Part shown: in pieces, positions 29,912-39,451 of the stretch
Layout of the letters: every line of letters starts with the position of its first letter
Numbering within the stretch: position 1 is the first letter of the stretch
Origin: an uncultured Mycoplasmatota bacterium
GTDB taxonomy: Bacteria > Bacillota_I > Bacilli_A > RF39 > UBA660
Direction of reading: 5' to 3'
DNA length: 64,000 nucleotides
NCBI GenBank assembly: GCA_947649365.1
Contig: CANSRH010000009.1
Location: 1,417 to 65,416 of the forward strand
Position numbers and translations under genes: made by a program
Notes under the pieces: model-generated
Told to the model about the DNA's origin: nothing
The model's input: the letters and a program-made list of their open reading frames with translations, nothing else
The model's database searches: none

Positions 29912-30102
29912 TAATTACTACTCCCTTCATTTTGGGAATAATGCTTGGATGGAAACTCCTTTTTTAATAGGTTGCAAGTCGTATTTACTCTTCTTTCTAG
30001 TTCAATTTTTAATACATTAGTTATTGTTTCATTTAAAGATTTTCCATTTTCTTTAAAATTCAAATTAACTTTGTATTTAACCATAGAGTTTAATACCTCC
30101 AA
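29911..30102 (-). CDS. small protein translationally coupled to the recombinase
   Basis: Its stop overlaps the recombinase ATG (TAATG). 63 aa. Confidence 0.5.
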   Translation of the reverse strand: MEVLNSMVKYKVNLNFKENGKSLNETITNVLKIELERRVNTTCNLLKKEFPSKHYSQNEGSSN

Positions 30103-30230
30103 TAAATTCTATGGTTTTAAATTTGTTTTAGTAATATTATTTAGTTGCATACAACAAACTCAACAATATGACTTATTACCATAAACCTCCATTAATTTTA
30201 AAATTATTATAATATCGTAAATAATTGTAT

Positions 30231-30275
30231 AAAAAAAACATCCATATAGTGATAATCACTAATTTATTATGGATG
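30231..30275 (-). terminator. putative terminator of the defence-like operon
   Basis: Stem CATCCATA/TATGGATG followed by T8 on the minus strand. The long 21-nt loop contains its own palindrome. Confidence 0.4.
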
Positions 30276-31233
30276 CTTTAATTTTTTTATATTTACCATT
30301 TCCTAAAAATTCAACATATCCTTCCTCTCTTAAAAATTGCAATTGTTGTCTTATTTTATCACGGATGTGATTATTTTCAGGATGATTTTTTTGCAACTCA
30401 TCTTCATATACATAAATATCTTCAAGTGAAAATTCATTTTTAGATATTTTTTTGATGATATTTTTTATGTCATTCTTCCACCCATTACTTTTTTGAATAA
30501 AAATTATTCTCTCAGATATTATTTTATATAAATCTTCGCTAGATAACTGATCAATAAGAATTTTCCCACTTAATCTATATAAATATGTTTTTAACATTCC
30601 AAATTGCTCACGTGATAATTTTATATCGTTATCTTCTTCATATTTTTTAACTGCTTTAATAATATTTTTAAAAACATCCTTATTATTAGCAAAAACACAA
30701 GACAATAAAGGAAATATCTTACCATTGATATCATTGTTACAAATATATTTAGTCAGCTCATAGGGATCATCTAATTCTTCATCATAAGTAAATCTTGCAT
30801 ACCACCACAATCTAGATAATCCATTTAGAAAAGGTGCCTTCGTACTATTCCAAAAGAAATAATTATTTAAAATATGACTATTTAAATCATCTTTATTTTT
30901 AGGTACTGACCATCTTTTTTGCATGTAATCCCAAAATATTGTATGAGCCATACCAGCCCATAGTCTTTCATCGCTTGCTTGAGAATCTGTCAAAAATTTT
31001 AAATTTTCATACATTATAACCATATTGTCGTAATCATCTTTTACGCCATTTTCAGTTTTTAATGAAAAATCGTTAACTTCAGCTATATTAAATGGTAAAA
31101 ATAAATTATGTTTAATATATTTCTTATCTATCCATGTACTATCTTTCTCATAATAAAATTTTGAATTAATACGCAAATCACTTTTTTTAAGCAAATCTAC
31201 TGAATTTTCTTTTAAATAAAATATTTGCATCAT
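30259..31233 (-). CDS. hypothetical 324-aa protein with C-terminal winged-helix-like tail
   Basis: The ATG overlaps the upstream stop (ATGA). The C-terminus reads NHIRDKIRQQLQFLREEGYVEFLGNGKYKK. Confidence 0.65.
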   Translation of the reverse strand: MMQIFYLKENSVDLLKKSDLRINSKFYYEKDSTWIDKKYIKHNLFLPFNIAEVNDFSLKTENGVKDDYDNMVIMYENLKFLTDSQASDERLWAGMAHTIFWDYMQKRWSVPKNKDDLNSHILNNYFFWNSTKAPFLNGLSRLWWYARFTYDEELDDPYELTKYICNNDINGKIFPLLSCVFANNKDVFKNIIKAVKKYEEDNDIKLSREQFGMLKTYLYRLSGKILIDQLSSEDLYKIISERIIFIQKSNGWKNDIKNIIKKISKNEFSLEDIYVYEDELQKNHPENNHIRDKIRQQLQFLREEGYVEFLGNGKYKKIKASIIN

Positions 31234-32114
31234 TTACCACCACTTTCATCAATATGATCTCTTATCCACTCTAATCCTGATGACAAAGGGAATTCTAATA
31301 ACTTTTGAGCAATATCTATAGATCCTGCACGTTCAACTAAACTTGGTAAAAATTTTGCATCATAAATTTTTTCTATCTTCTTTTTAAATACTCTAAACCA
31401 TTTGGAAGTTTCATAGGAATAGAAATTATTATCCTCTTTACACTCACTTGTAACCATATCTAAAACATAAACAATAGTAGGAATAATAATCATAGAATTA
31501 GCTACATCTAAAAAATGTTTTGCATATTTATTATAAATTATGTAATCTTCTTTATTCAAAATAATATATATTATATCTCCACTAAAATCTATTTTCATCC
31601 CTTCATCCTCGTCATCCTTCATTCTAACTTTTATAACAGATGAAAGTTTAGTGAATTCATGGATATCTTTTTCTATAAATACGTTTTCTTTTGAACCAAT
31701 AGCAAGTATACTTCCTTTTTGCAAATTGAACTTTGTATCTCCGTAGTCTTTATTAAAATTTTCACAATGATAATCCACTATATCTTCCAAAAGAATGATA
31801 TATGACGAAAGCTCAATTCTATTATTAACATCTTTATTATTTAAAACTATTTCATTATTTCCATAATTTAAATTATAAATTTCTCTAAATTTAGTAGAAG
31901 AACAATATATTTTTACTATAGCTTGAGCTTTACCAGTATTTATTAATTTTTTTAAATCACAATCATCTATATTAAATATATAATTAATTATTGAGTTTTT
32001 TTTCTTTTTCAATAAAGTTTTTGTTGTTTCAGAAGTGTAACTGACATTTATAAAATCATCAGTATTATTATCCAATACAGGATAAGCAAATAACTTATTT
32101 TGGTTCATTGCCAT
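31230..32114 (-). CDS. hypothetical ~295-aa protein
   Basis: The likely start is MAMNQNKLFAYPVL at 32114, overlapping the ATPase gene end. The track ORF extends to 32180. Confidence 0.6.
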   Translation of the reverse strand: MAMNQNKLFAYPVLDNNTDDFINVSYTSETTKTLLKKKKNSIINYIFNIDDCDLKKLINTGKAQAIVKIYCSSTKFREIYNLNYGNNEIVLNNKDVNNRIELSSYIILLEDIVDYHCENFNKDYGDTKFNLQKGSILAIGSKENVFIEKDIHEFTKLSSVIKVRMKDDEDEGMKIDFSGDIIYIILNKEDYIIYNKYAKHFLDVANSMIIIPTIVYVLDMVTSECKEDNNFYSYETSKWFRVFKKKIEKIYDAKFLPSLVERAGSIDIAQKLLEFPLSSGLEWIRDHIDESGGK

Positions 32115-34008
32115 ATAAAGCGACCTCCATAGTCCAATTTTCATCACTATCAAGCTCATAGGAAATTGTATAAATTTCATTAGCTTTTACATTTTTAATA
32201 ATTATATAATTATCACTATATTCATAATCAATAGCATTTGTATTATCATTATTTTTTATCACTAGAACACTAGTTAAATCAGCTTTTTCTTTATATCCTT
32301 CACCACTTATATTCAAATCTATTTTTATTATATCTTCGTCTTCATTTGAAGATAATATTATATTTCTATTTATCATTCTTATCTTATTTGGAATAATTCT
32401 TCTCTTAATTTGTGAATACTTTTCCTTTTGACGAGGATTTGGATTTGGATCAGGTGATGGAGTAGGATTTGGTTTTGGTTTTTTATTTTTTATAATATTG
32501 CCTTCTGGATCTAACTCGATATCATCCTCACCATCATCAGATTTTTTAGTTGGATTTTTCTTTTGTATCAGTGGAGTGTCTTGAATTTCTATCTTTGATA
32601 CATTATCATTAGCTAAAGTTTCTAAATTTTCATCATTATACGAATCAAAAATATATTCATCTGGTAAAAGTTCCCCAATTCCCTCAGCATCCATTTCTTC
32701 TTTTATTTCTGTTGTCAAATATTCTCTTATCGATTTCTTTACAAAATTTGTTAATTGGTCAATTTTATTTTGTGCGTCTTCTGGATTTGAGCTTCTCTTG
32801 GCTGACCATTTGTTATGTGTGGCATTTTCTAATTTTCTAAAATAATCATTAATCTCCATCCCAGTCATTTCCAGAATACCATGGTAACATCCCAATTTCG
32901 GTAAATATTTAATATCTAAAATTTTCATCCCTGTTGATCTTATAGCAGCAACAGTATTAAGAGAAGAAAAGTTTTCTTTGCTATCATCTACTCTCAATTT
33001 TAAAATCAAATCATTTTCGCTAAAGAATGTATAGGGTATTTCTATAACATCATTCTTGTAATTATTTAATATTTCATAATAATATGCAGTTGCATTATTT
33101 AAGTATTTAGAGATAGATTCATTTTTAATATATTCTTCTACATTAGAAAAGTTTAAAATATATTCATCATGACATATGCTTATTTTTAATTCATTTTTAA
33201 ACAGTGCTAAAAAGAAATTATCTATGATTGACGCAATTATTTGTTTTTTCCATTCTTCAGTTTCTTCCTTAAAGCCAATTATATAAATATCAGTTCCATA
33301 TTCTGTTCGTGGATAATTCTTTTCTAAATTTAATAGTTTTGGTATTCTAAATAATTCACCATCATTCTCATAATATCCTTCTCCAATGGCTCTATTACCA
33401 TCTTTTAAATCGAATCCCGATAATCTTGATATTCCACAATAGGCCTTTAATTCATCCTTTGCATATGTACTGTAAAAAACTGTATATAAAGACGAACACA
33501 CAAATGATGCGAATTTCCCCTTGCCCTTGCTACCTCCAGAACCTTCTGGTTTATCTGAAACACCTGCATTCTTTGTTAAATTACACCATGGAGATGATTT
33601 TGTTTTATTGGATCCTAATAAACCAGTAGTATTATAGTCTGCGATACGTAAACATCTAATATTATCTTTTTTTAATACCCCTAGTCCGTTTTCATAAAAC
33701 TTTGGTACTTCTTTATCATGTTCATAAAAAGAATTATTAAAATCATATTCATTTTTAAAAACCTCAACAAAATCTTCATATCCAGGGATGTCAGTATTCT
33801 TAATCCAAAATTCATCAAACGTTACCTTTATTGTTTTACTACTACTATCATTATATTCTGTTATAAATTTCGTATCTAAAGAATTTTGACAAATCTCTTT
33901 CGCTAAAGAAATAATAGGATTATCTTTAAATTCTTCACCTATATTATTAAAACCTTGTATACTTATTCCAGACGCACTGGGGAAATTCCATTTTCCATCT
34001 TCTTGCAT
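32095..34008 (-). CDS. GHKL (Bergerat-fold, HSP90/MutL/MORC-like) ATPase-domain protein
   Basis: N-box-like EICQNSLD, RIADYNTTG and G-rich lid GSGGSKGKGKFASF. A P/N/D-rich linker (PKPNPTPSPDPNPNP) precedes a small C-terminal domain. Confidence 0.65.
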   Translation of the reverse strand: MQEDGKWNFPSASGISIQGFNNIGEEFKDNPIISLAKEICQNSLDTKFITEYNDSSSKTIKVTFDEFWIKNTDIPGYEDFVEVFKNEYDFNNSFYEHDKEVPKFYENGLGVLKKDNIRCLRIADYNTTGLLGSNKTKSSPWCNLTKNAGVSDKPEGSGGSKGKGKFASFVCSSLYTVFYSTYAKDELKAYCGISRLSGFDLKDGNRAIGEGYYENDGELFRIPKLLNLEKNYPRTEYGTDIYIIGFKEETEEWKKQIIASIIDNFFLALFKNELKISICHDEYILNFSNVEEYIKNESISKYLNNATAYYYEILNNYKNDVIEIPYTFFSENDLILKLRVDDSKENFSSLNTVAAIRSTGMKILDIKYLPKLGCYHGILEMTGMEINDYFRKLENATHNKWSAKRSSNPEDAQNKIDQLTNFVKKSIREYLTTEIKEEMDAEGIGELLPDEYIFDSYNDENLETLANDNVSKIEIQDTPLIQKKNPTKKSDDGEDDIELDPEGNIIKNKKPKPNPTPSPDPNPNPRQKEKYSQIKRRIIPNKIRMINRNIILSSNEDEDIIKIDLNISGEGYKEKADLTSVLVIKNNDNTNAIDYEYSDNYIIIKNVKANEIYTISYELDSDENWTMEVALYGNEPK

Positions 34009-34009
34009 A

Positions 34010-34237
34010 TTAATTACCTCTCAAACTAAATTTATTATCCTTTTTTTCAAATTTTATTTTTGTTGATTTTAATTCACTTTCAATTGCACTAAATATCATT
34101 TTTACTTGTTGATTAGTATACTTATAATTGTTTGTATTTGCACAGTTACCTAAAAGTCTTAATGTTTGCAAAATCGTGTTTGTTCGATTTTCAGCTATTT
34201 TCAAAAACCTTTCTTCTTTTTTTTTATCATTATCCAT
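34010..34237 (-). CDS. small 75-aa helical protein
   Basis: Start MDNDKKKEERF with a GAGGTG Shine-Dalgarno. The track's longer N-terminus covers a consensus promoter and is unlikely to be coding. Confidence 0.55.
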   Translation of the reverse strand: MDNDKKKEERFLKIAENRTNTILQTLRLLGNCANTNNYKYTNQQVKMIFSAIESELKSTKIKFEKKDNKFSLRGN

Positions 34238-34259
34238 AAAAGCACCTCGCTTACTACAT

Positions 34260-34287
34260 ATTATACATATATAAGAAAACATGTCAA
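34260..34287 (-). promoter_or_regulatory. sigma-A-type promoter (TTGACA-16-TATAAT)
   Basis: Exact -35 and -10 hexamers on the minus strand, about 20 nt upstream of the Shine-Dalgarno of the 75-aa gene. Confidence 0.55.
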
Positions 34288-34344
34288 CTATATTTTCAAA
34301 ATGTAGTATTGTTTTTTGATATATAGTACAAAAAAAGATAATCA

Positions 34345-35502
34345 TTATGTATTATTTTGATTATCTTCTATTTTGTAATTTGTTATTAATAGATGTTCTA
34401 CGCCTTTTGCATTTCTATTCATAAAACTAACTAAATACTTTTTTTCAAATATTTCAATATTAAATCCTTTATCTTTATATAAATTTAAAATAAAGTCTGT
34501 ATTTTTTATAATTAACATAAATTTTGCTTTTGTTTTAGAAAGATAATTAGCTAGTCTAATTTGATCATCTTTATTAAATTTATTTTTAGAATAGGTAGAA
34601 AATTCTGTATCATACGGTGGGTCTAAAAAAACAAAGTCGTCTTCTTTAAGTTTTACTTTATCACAAAAATCTTCAAAGTCCATATTATAAATCTCTGTCT
34701 TTTCCATATACTTTCTTAATGTACTTGATTCAATATATTCAATTTTTTTTAAAAAATCTTTTCTATTATAGCTGATTCCTCCATATGGCACATTAAATTT
34801 ACCTTGCGAATTGTATCTAAACATAGATGAGTAACAATATTCTCTAATAAAATAAAATATGGCAGTAGCAAATTTACTTGATAAATTTAATTCTTCCTTA
34901 TAATTATATAAATATCTAAAATGAACATAAAAGGCGCTTTTTAATGAACACTCAATATTTTGTAATATATCTGTTTCATTCATGGTACCTTTTTTGCATT
35001 CAATAATATACATTCTTTTTATTTTGTCATACAATTTTTTTTGAATTTCATGAATAAAATTTTCAATATTTATATTAAAATTATTTGTTAAAACACCATT
35101 AAATTCTTTTGAATGCTTTATTACAAACTCACATATTATATTAGTATATTCTATTTTAATTTGTTTAGCATCACCATTCAAAGAATCATTGCAATAGTTT
35201 TTATATAAATTTAATAATTCTTCAGAATTATTTTCAACCACTTTTTTTAACAAAGTCCAATTATGATATAAATCGGTAACCTTCTTAAAAAATTCTTCAT
35301 CACCATCTTTGATACACTCATATAAATGTATAAGTTCTTCACATCTATCATTTATTATTGCTTCTTTAAAACTTACATTAAAATATACTGCTCCACCACC
35401 AACAAAAGGTTCAATATATCTATTATATTTTTGTGGTAAATTTGATAAAATATATGAAAGCTCTTTTTCTTTTCCACCTGCCCATTTTATAAATGTTTTC
35501 AT
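34345..35502 (-). CDS. D12-class (Dam-like) N6-adenine DNA methyltransferase
   Basis: FIKWAGGKEKEL, FVGGGAV (SAM binding) and FLDPPY (catalytic DPPY). Confidence 0.88.
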   Translation of the reverse strand: MKTFIKWAGGKEKELSYILSNLPQKYNRYIEPFVGGGAVYFNVSFKEAIINDRCEELIHLYECIKDGDEEFFKKVTDLYHNWTLLKKVVENNSEELLNLYKNYCNDSLNGDAKQIKIEYTNIICEFVIKHSKEFNGVLTNNFNINIENFIHEIQKKLYDKIKRMYIIECKKGTMNETDILQNIECSLKSAFYVHFRYLYNYKEELNLSSKFATAIFYFIREYCYSSMFRYNSQGKFNVPYGGISYNRKDFLKKIEYIESSTLRKYMEKTEIYNMDFEDFCDKVKLKEDDFVFLDPPYDTEFSTYSKNKFNKDDQIRLANYLSKTKAKFMLIIKNTDFILNLYKDKGFNIEIFEKKYLVSFMNRNAKGVEHLLITNYKIEDNQNNT

Positions 35503-35807
35503 ATCAAATCTACCTCGATTCTCTATTTAGATTTTATCATAAAAAAAGACTATATAAAATACTTTATGTAATTAATTACTTTGATTTTTTAAAATGTAAA
35601 TTTTTGTATTTTTAAATTATTCCACTTTTAATAAACAAGTAATATAATTAATTTCTAAATCCTTATCGAAAGTTAATATTACTTTAGGAGTAGGATTTTT
35701 TTCTTATAATGAATTAAATTCTTTTTCAAGTCCCTAATAATTTCGAACGAATAGAGATACTTAATAGTATATTAAGCCATATCTATTATCTACAACAAAG
35801 TCAACTT

Positions 35808-36437
35808 TTACTTATACTCATTATTCCCCATAAATATTGTATCTCCACTTTTCACAATATATGTTCCTTCTTTAATCACAGGTTTATAAGGAACTCCTAT
35901 GTATTGTGCTAAAGATTTAACCACTGCTTCTGCTAAATCTTGCCAATTATTTTTTAGTTGACTTACGTCATCCCCTGTACTATCAGCAAAACCATATTCT
36001 ACAATAATGGATTCATTATTTGGCGTTTCTCTTAAAATATAATAATAATCTAAATCTGGATTGCTTGGTAAACGTCTTTGATAATATTTACGAACATTTT
36101 GTCCAGCTTTACTTAAATTATCACTTATGATACTTGATAAACGATCACTATTACGTAAGGAATAAATGACTTCCGCACCATCCCCACCTCCTGCATTTAT
36201 GTGATTAGAAACAACTATTACATCACTACTAGGCCCATAAAAACTCTGTACTCTTTCAGGTCTAATATCTGGTCCAAGTGTTTCATCACCAGTTCTAGAC
36301 ATACGATTGTCTATTCCCAAATCATTTAACCGTTTATTCATATATTGACTTATTTTTAAAGTATAATCTTTCTCTGTAATTCCATTCGCTATTGTGCCGG
36401 GGTCATTCCCTCCATGGCTGGCACCTGTTATACCCAA
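35808..36437 (-). CDS. middle segment of split cwlC-like amidase (Amidase_3 catalytic domain)
   Basis: SHGGNDPG...EKDYTL...SNHINAGGG...E.GF. It lacks the native N-terminus. Its end runs out of a LysM repeat (YIVKSGDT) into element-derived codons. Confidence 0.88.
   Translation of the reverse strand: MGITGASHGGNDPGTIANGITEKDYTLKISQYMNKRLNDLGIDNRMSRTGDETLGPDIRPERVQSFYGPSSDVIVVSNHINAGGGDGAEVIYSLRNSDRLSSIISDNLSKAGQNVRKYYQRRLPSNPDLDYYYILRETPNNESIIVEYGFADSTGDDVSQLKNNWQDLAEAVVKSLAQYIGVPYKPVIKEGTYIVKSGDTIFMGNNEYK
35838..35847. repeat. 10-bp junction repeat TGTATCTCCA (element 1, right)
   Basis: Identical to 28341..28350. Confidence 0.9.
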
Positions 36438-36472
36438 AAACTATATTTCTTTTATTTTTTATAGGTTATATT

Positions 36473-38077
36473 TTATAAATCAAGATTCCACTCAATCTTA
36501 ATTTCTCTTGTCTTGGTATCTTTATCTAATGCACCAACATATATTTTTTCTATAAACTCATCCACAATTATTCTAGTTAGTTTATCAATTTTCTTATATT
36601 TTTTTAGTATGCTTTCTATATCTTTTGAATTTTCTTTTCTAGTTTCAGTTTCATTAAGTTGTTTTTCTATATCTTCAAGTCTTGTTTGATAAGATTCAAC
36701 ATCTTTTGTATATTCTTCTCGAAGCATTGAAAAGTCTTCTTCTGATATAATACCTTTCATCTTATCCATATAAAGATTTTTAAAGTACAGCTTGCATTCA
36801 TTTAACTTCTTTTCAAGATTAGCTTTCTCTTTATTTAAATTAGTAATTAATGTATCTTGTCTATTTTGTCTTTCTAATGTTTCATTAAATTCTTCTTTTA
36901 GTAATTTTTGATTACATTTTTTTAATAAACCATTTATAGCATCAAGGACATATTGTTCTATAATATCATATCTTATTGATTTATTATTATCACAAGTATG
37001 ATATTTTTTATTGCCTTTGCATTGTAGATATGCTCTTTTTTCCATAACTCCACCAGCACATTTAATATTACATTGATTTTTCATAAATATTCTTCCACAT
37101 TCAGCACAATAAACTTTACTACTTAAAATGTGTACTTTTCCATCTTTTGCTGGTCTATGATGATTTTTTAATCTTCTCTGAACTAAATACCATGTTTCAC
37201 TATCAATAATAGGTTCATGGGCATTTTCAGTAACACTCCATTCTGATTTAGGAACACTTTTAGATTTATGATTTTTATAACTAATGTTTGTTCTTTTTCC
37301 TTGCACTAAATTACCCATATAGGTTTCGTTTCGTAACATTGTTGCGATTGTGTCTGGTGTCCATATTCCAGTAGTATCATAATCAAAGTTGCAACATACG
37401 AAATTACTTCCAATAGATTTTTTATAAAGAGATGGGCATAATATTTTTCTTTCATTTAAACTTGCACATATTTTATGATAGCCAAATCCATTTTTATATT
37501 TTTCAAATATCTCTCTAACAATAGGTGCAACATTTTCATCAATAATAAGTTTATGTTTATTATTAGGATCTTTCATATATCCATAAGGAGCAAAACTCCC
37601 CATAAATAAACCATCTTCTCTTTTATTTTTGAGTGACTTTTTAACATTGTTAGATAAATCTTCTAGATACCATTCATTAACAAGTCCATTGATTTGTCTA
37701 GATTTTTTATTTGCTTCATTATTAGTATCAGCATTATCAACTATACTTACAAATCTAACTCCCCATTCAATAAACTTATTATGTAAATATCTTTCTATTA
37801 CTTCCATATCTCTTGAAAATCTACTTTGCGTTTTACATAGTACAATATTTATTTTTCCATTTTCACAATCATTAATTAACCTATTGAAATCTGGTCTTTC
37901 AACCCCTGCTCCAGAATAATCATCATCTGAATAAATATCTACAACTTCCCAATCTTGATCCAACGCATATTTTAAAAGCATACTTTTTTGATTAGCGATT
38001 GACTCACTATCATCATTCTTATTTTTTTTGAATCTATCTTCATCAGATAGTCTGCAATATACACCTACCTTTTCCAT
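36473..38077 (-). CDS. large serine recombinase
   Basis: VGVYCRLSDED catalytic-Ser motif, a recombinase domain, a zinc-ribbon (CAECG...C) and a coiled-coil tail. Confidence 0.92.
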   Translation of the reverse strand: MEKVGVYCRLSDEDRFKKNKNDDSESIANQKSMLLKYALDQDWEVVDIYSDDDYSGAGVERPDFNRLINDCENGKINIVLCKTQSRFSRDMEVIERYLHNKFIEWGVRFVSIVDNADTNNEANKKSRQINGLVNEWYLEDLSNNVKKSLKNKREDGLFMGSFAPYGYMKDPNNKHKLIIDENVAPIVREIFEKYKNGFGYHKICASLNERKILCPSLYKKSIGSNFVCCNFDYDTTGIWTPDTIATMLRNETYMGNLVQGKRTNISYKNHKSKSVPKSEWSVTENAHEPIIDSETWYLVQRRLKNHHRPAKDGKVHILSSKVYCAECGRIFMKNQCNIKCAGGVMEKRAYLQCKGNKKYHTCDNNKSIRYDIIEQYVLDAINGLLKKCNQKLLKEEFNETLERQNRQDTLITNLNKEKANLEKKLNECKLYFKNLYMDKMKGIISEEDFSMLREEYTKDVESYQTRLEDIEKQLNETETRKENSKDIESILKKYKKIDKLTRIIVDEFIEKIYVGALDKDTKTREIKIEWNLDL

Positions 38078-38143
38078 CTACTACAACACCTCAATTCTGA
38101 TTGGTTGTAGCAAATATAAATCTACAAAGATATTATATATCAT

Positions 38144-38287
38144 ATTAAGAATTATTTAAAGCCACACTATCTTCTTCACTTGCTAATATAACTCGTAGTA
38201 ATTTTTTTGCTATAATATCTTCTAAATCTTTTTCTTCAATAATTACATTATTTTTATTTACATATATTACATTATAATTTACCTCCA
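38144..38287 (-). CDS. small 47-aa protein upstream of recombinase (below ORF-track cut-off)
   Basis: MEVNYNVIYVNKNNVIIEEKDLEDIIAKKLL..., with a GGGGG Shine-Dalgarno about 10 nt upstream. Same position as the 63-aa ORF of element 1. Confidence 0.35.
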
Positions 38288-38347
38288 TTTTATCCATACC
38301 CCCTTTTTTATTCTCTATAAAGAATATCCTCCTAATTTAATCATATA

Positions 38348-38851
38348 TCAATCCTCCTTATACTTACTTAATAATTCTTCCATATATGCTTGTTCTTCAG
38401 GACTAGCTTCTTCTGATTTACAAACTTCTGGATGTTCCATCCAATATGGAATTATACTAGTTAAATTCTTATTATTATTTCTTGTATATTCTTTTCTTTT
38501 ATATTGGTAATTTTTTACTATGTTTTTATCCTCATTTTTTTCTAATACTTTAGAATTTTCATTACTTACGATTGTCTCGTTTAAATAAATTCTTCTTTGA
38601 CTATTAATAAATTTAACATCTATATACTTCTTTCTTTTTAAATTATTAATAGAATTTGATATTGTTTTTTCTTTAACACTTAACTGATTAGCAAAGTAAC
38701 TATTACTAGCGTAGCAATACTCCTTATTATTTGATAATGAGTTAATCATACCATAAACTAACTTATCTGTTTGGGAACAAGTTTGGTCATTTAATATTAT
38801 TCTTGGTACAGCTATAAAATACCTTATAAAAGCCATAAATCCCACTTTCAA
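38348..38851 (-). CDS. HTH-domain protein (replication/organizer-like)
   Basis: N-terminal winged-helix pattern (YCYASNSYFANQLSVKEKTISNSINNLKRKKYI). Confidence 0.5.
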   Translation of the reverse strand: MKVGFMAFIRYFIAVPRIILNDQTCSQTDKLVYGMINSLSNNKEYCYASNSYFANQLSVKEKTISNSINNLKRKKYIDVKFINSQRRIYLNETIVSNENSKVLEKNEDKNIVKNYQYKRKEYTRNNNKNLTSIIPYWMEHPEVCKSEEASPEEQAYMEELLSKYKED

Positions 38852-39028
38852 AATATAGCTTCTAAGTATTGGTTAAGCCACTTTTGGGCGCAATATCCCT
38901 AGGAGAATGTTTTATATCTATCCCCCAAAGATATTGTTTTGATTCATTCTATATCTTATATAGAATAGGTACTAACATAAGCCTTTAATCTTACTGTACC
39001 TCTTATAACTAACGTTCTATAAACTTTT

Positions 39029-39286
39029 TTAGTTAAGTGTTATTGTATACATTCCTGTATCATATTCTTGAAATACTAGATATTTCAATTTCTCTAATAC
39101 TTCAAGATTTTTTCTTAAACCCTCATTTTTAATTTTGATGGTTTGTTGTATTTCTCCTATATTTATATCTGTGATAATTCTTTCATTACCTTTAGCATAT
39201 ATATAAGAGTAAATATATTTTGCTTCCTTTGGAATATTTTTATCTTTCCAAATTATTGTTGGTATTTGAAACTTTGTAATCTTCAT
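39029..39286 (-). CDS. small winged-helix-like protein
   Basis: The pattern PKEAKYIYSYIYA...IGEIQQTIKIKNEGLRKNLEVLEKLKYL parallels the N-terminus of the 167-aa protein. Confidence 0.45.
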   Translation of the reverse strand: MKITKFQIPTIIWKDKNIPKEAKYIYSYIYAKGNERIITDINIGEIQQTIKIKNEGLRKNLEVLEKLKYLVFQEYDTGMYTITLN

Positions 39287-39451
39287 TCATATCTTTTCCT
39301 CCTCTCTTTTTCGATGAGTTTTACATCAATTTCAAACTGAGTATATCATTTAATATTGAGTTTGTCAACATAGTAATTACAAATTTGTTGACTTTTTCAT
39401 CACTTTATGATATATTTATATCAGTTGAAACGAAGAAAGGTGGTTACTTTA

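Larger units (their letters stand above)
28341..35847 (-). mobile_element. 7.5-kb serine-recombinase intervening element 1 (inside the amidase gene)
   Basis: Bounded by an exact 10-bp direct repeat TGTATCTCCA (28341..28350 and 35838..35847). The recombinase gene is at one end. Removing one repeat copy plus the interior fuses the amidase frames. Confidence 0.8.

Noticed and set aside
28341-35847. Element 1 might be a small prophage or a conjugative transposon.
   Set aside because: The element is only 7.5 kb and has no structural phage genes, no relaxase, no T4SS and no replication genes. Its content is a recombinase pair plus the methylase/ATPase cassette.
35808-36437. The 209-aa amidase ORF and the 185-aa LysM ORF might be independent, complete genes.
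   Set aside because: The amidase ORF starts (alternative TTG) in the middle of the conserved D.GHGG motif, directly after a stop codon. It ends in element-derived codons inside a LysM repeat. The LysM frame is open upstream of its first Met, right up to the junction repeat. All three pieces join in frame.
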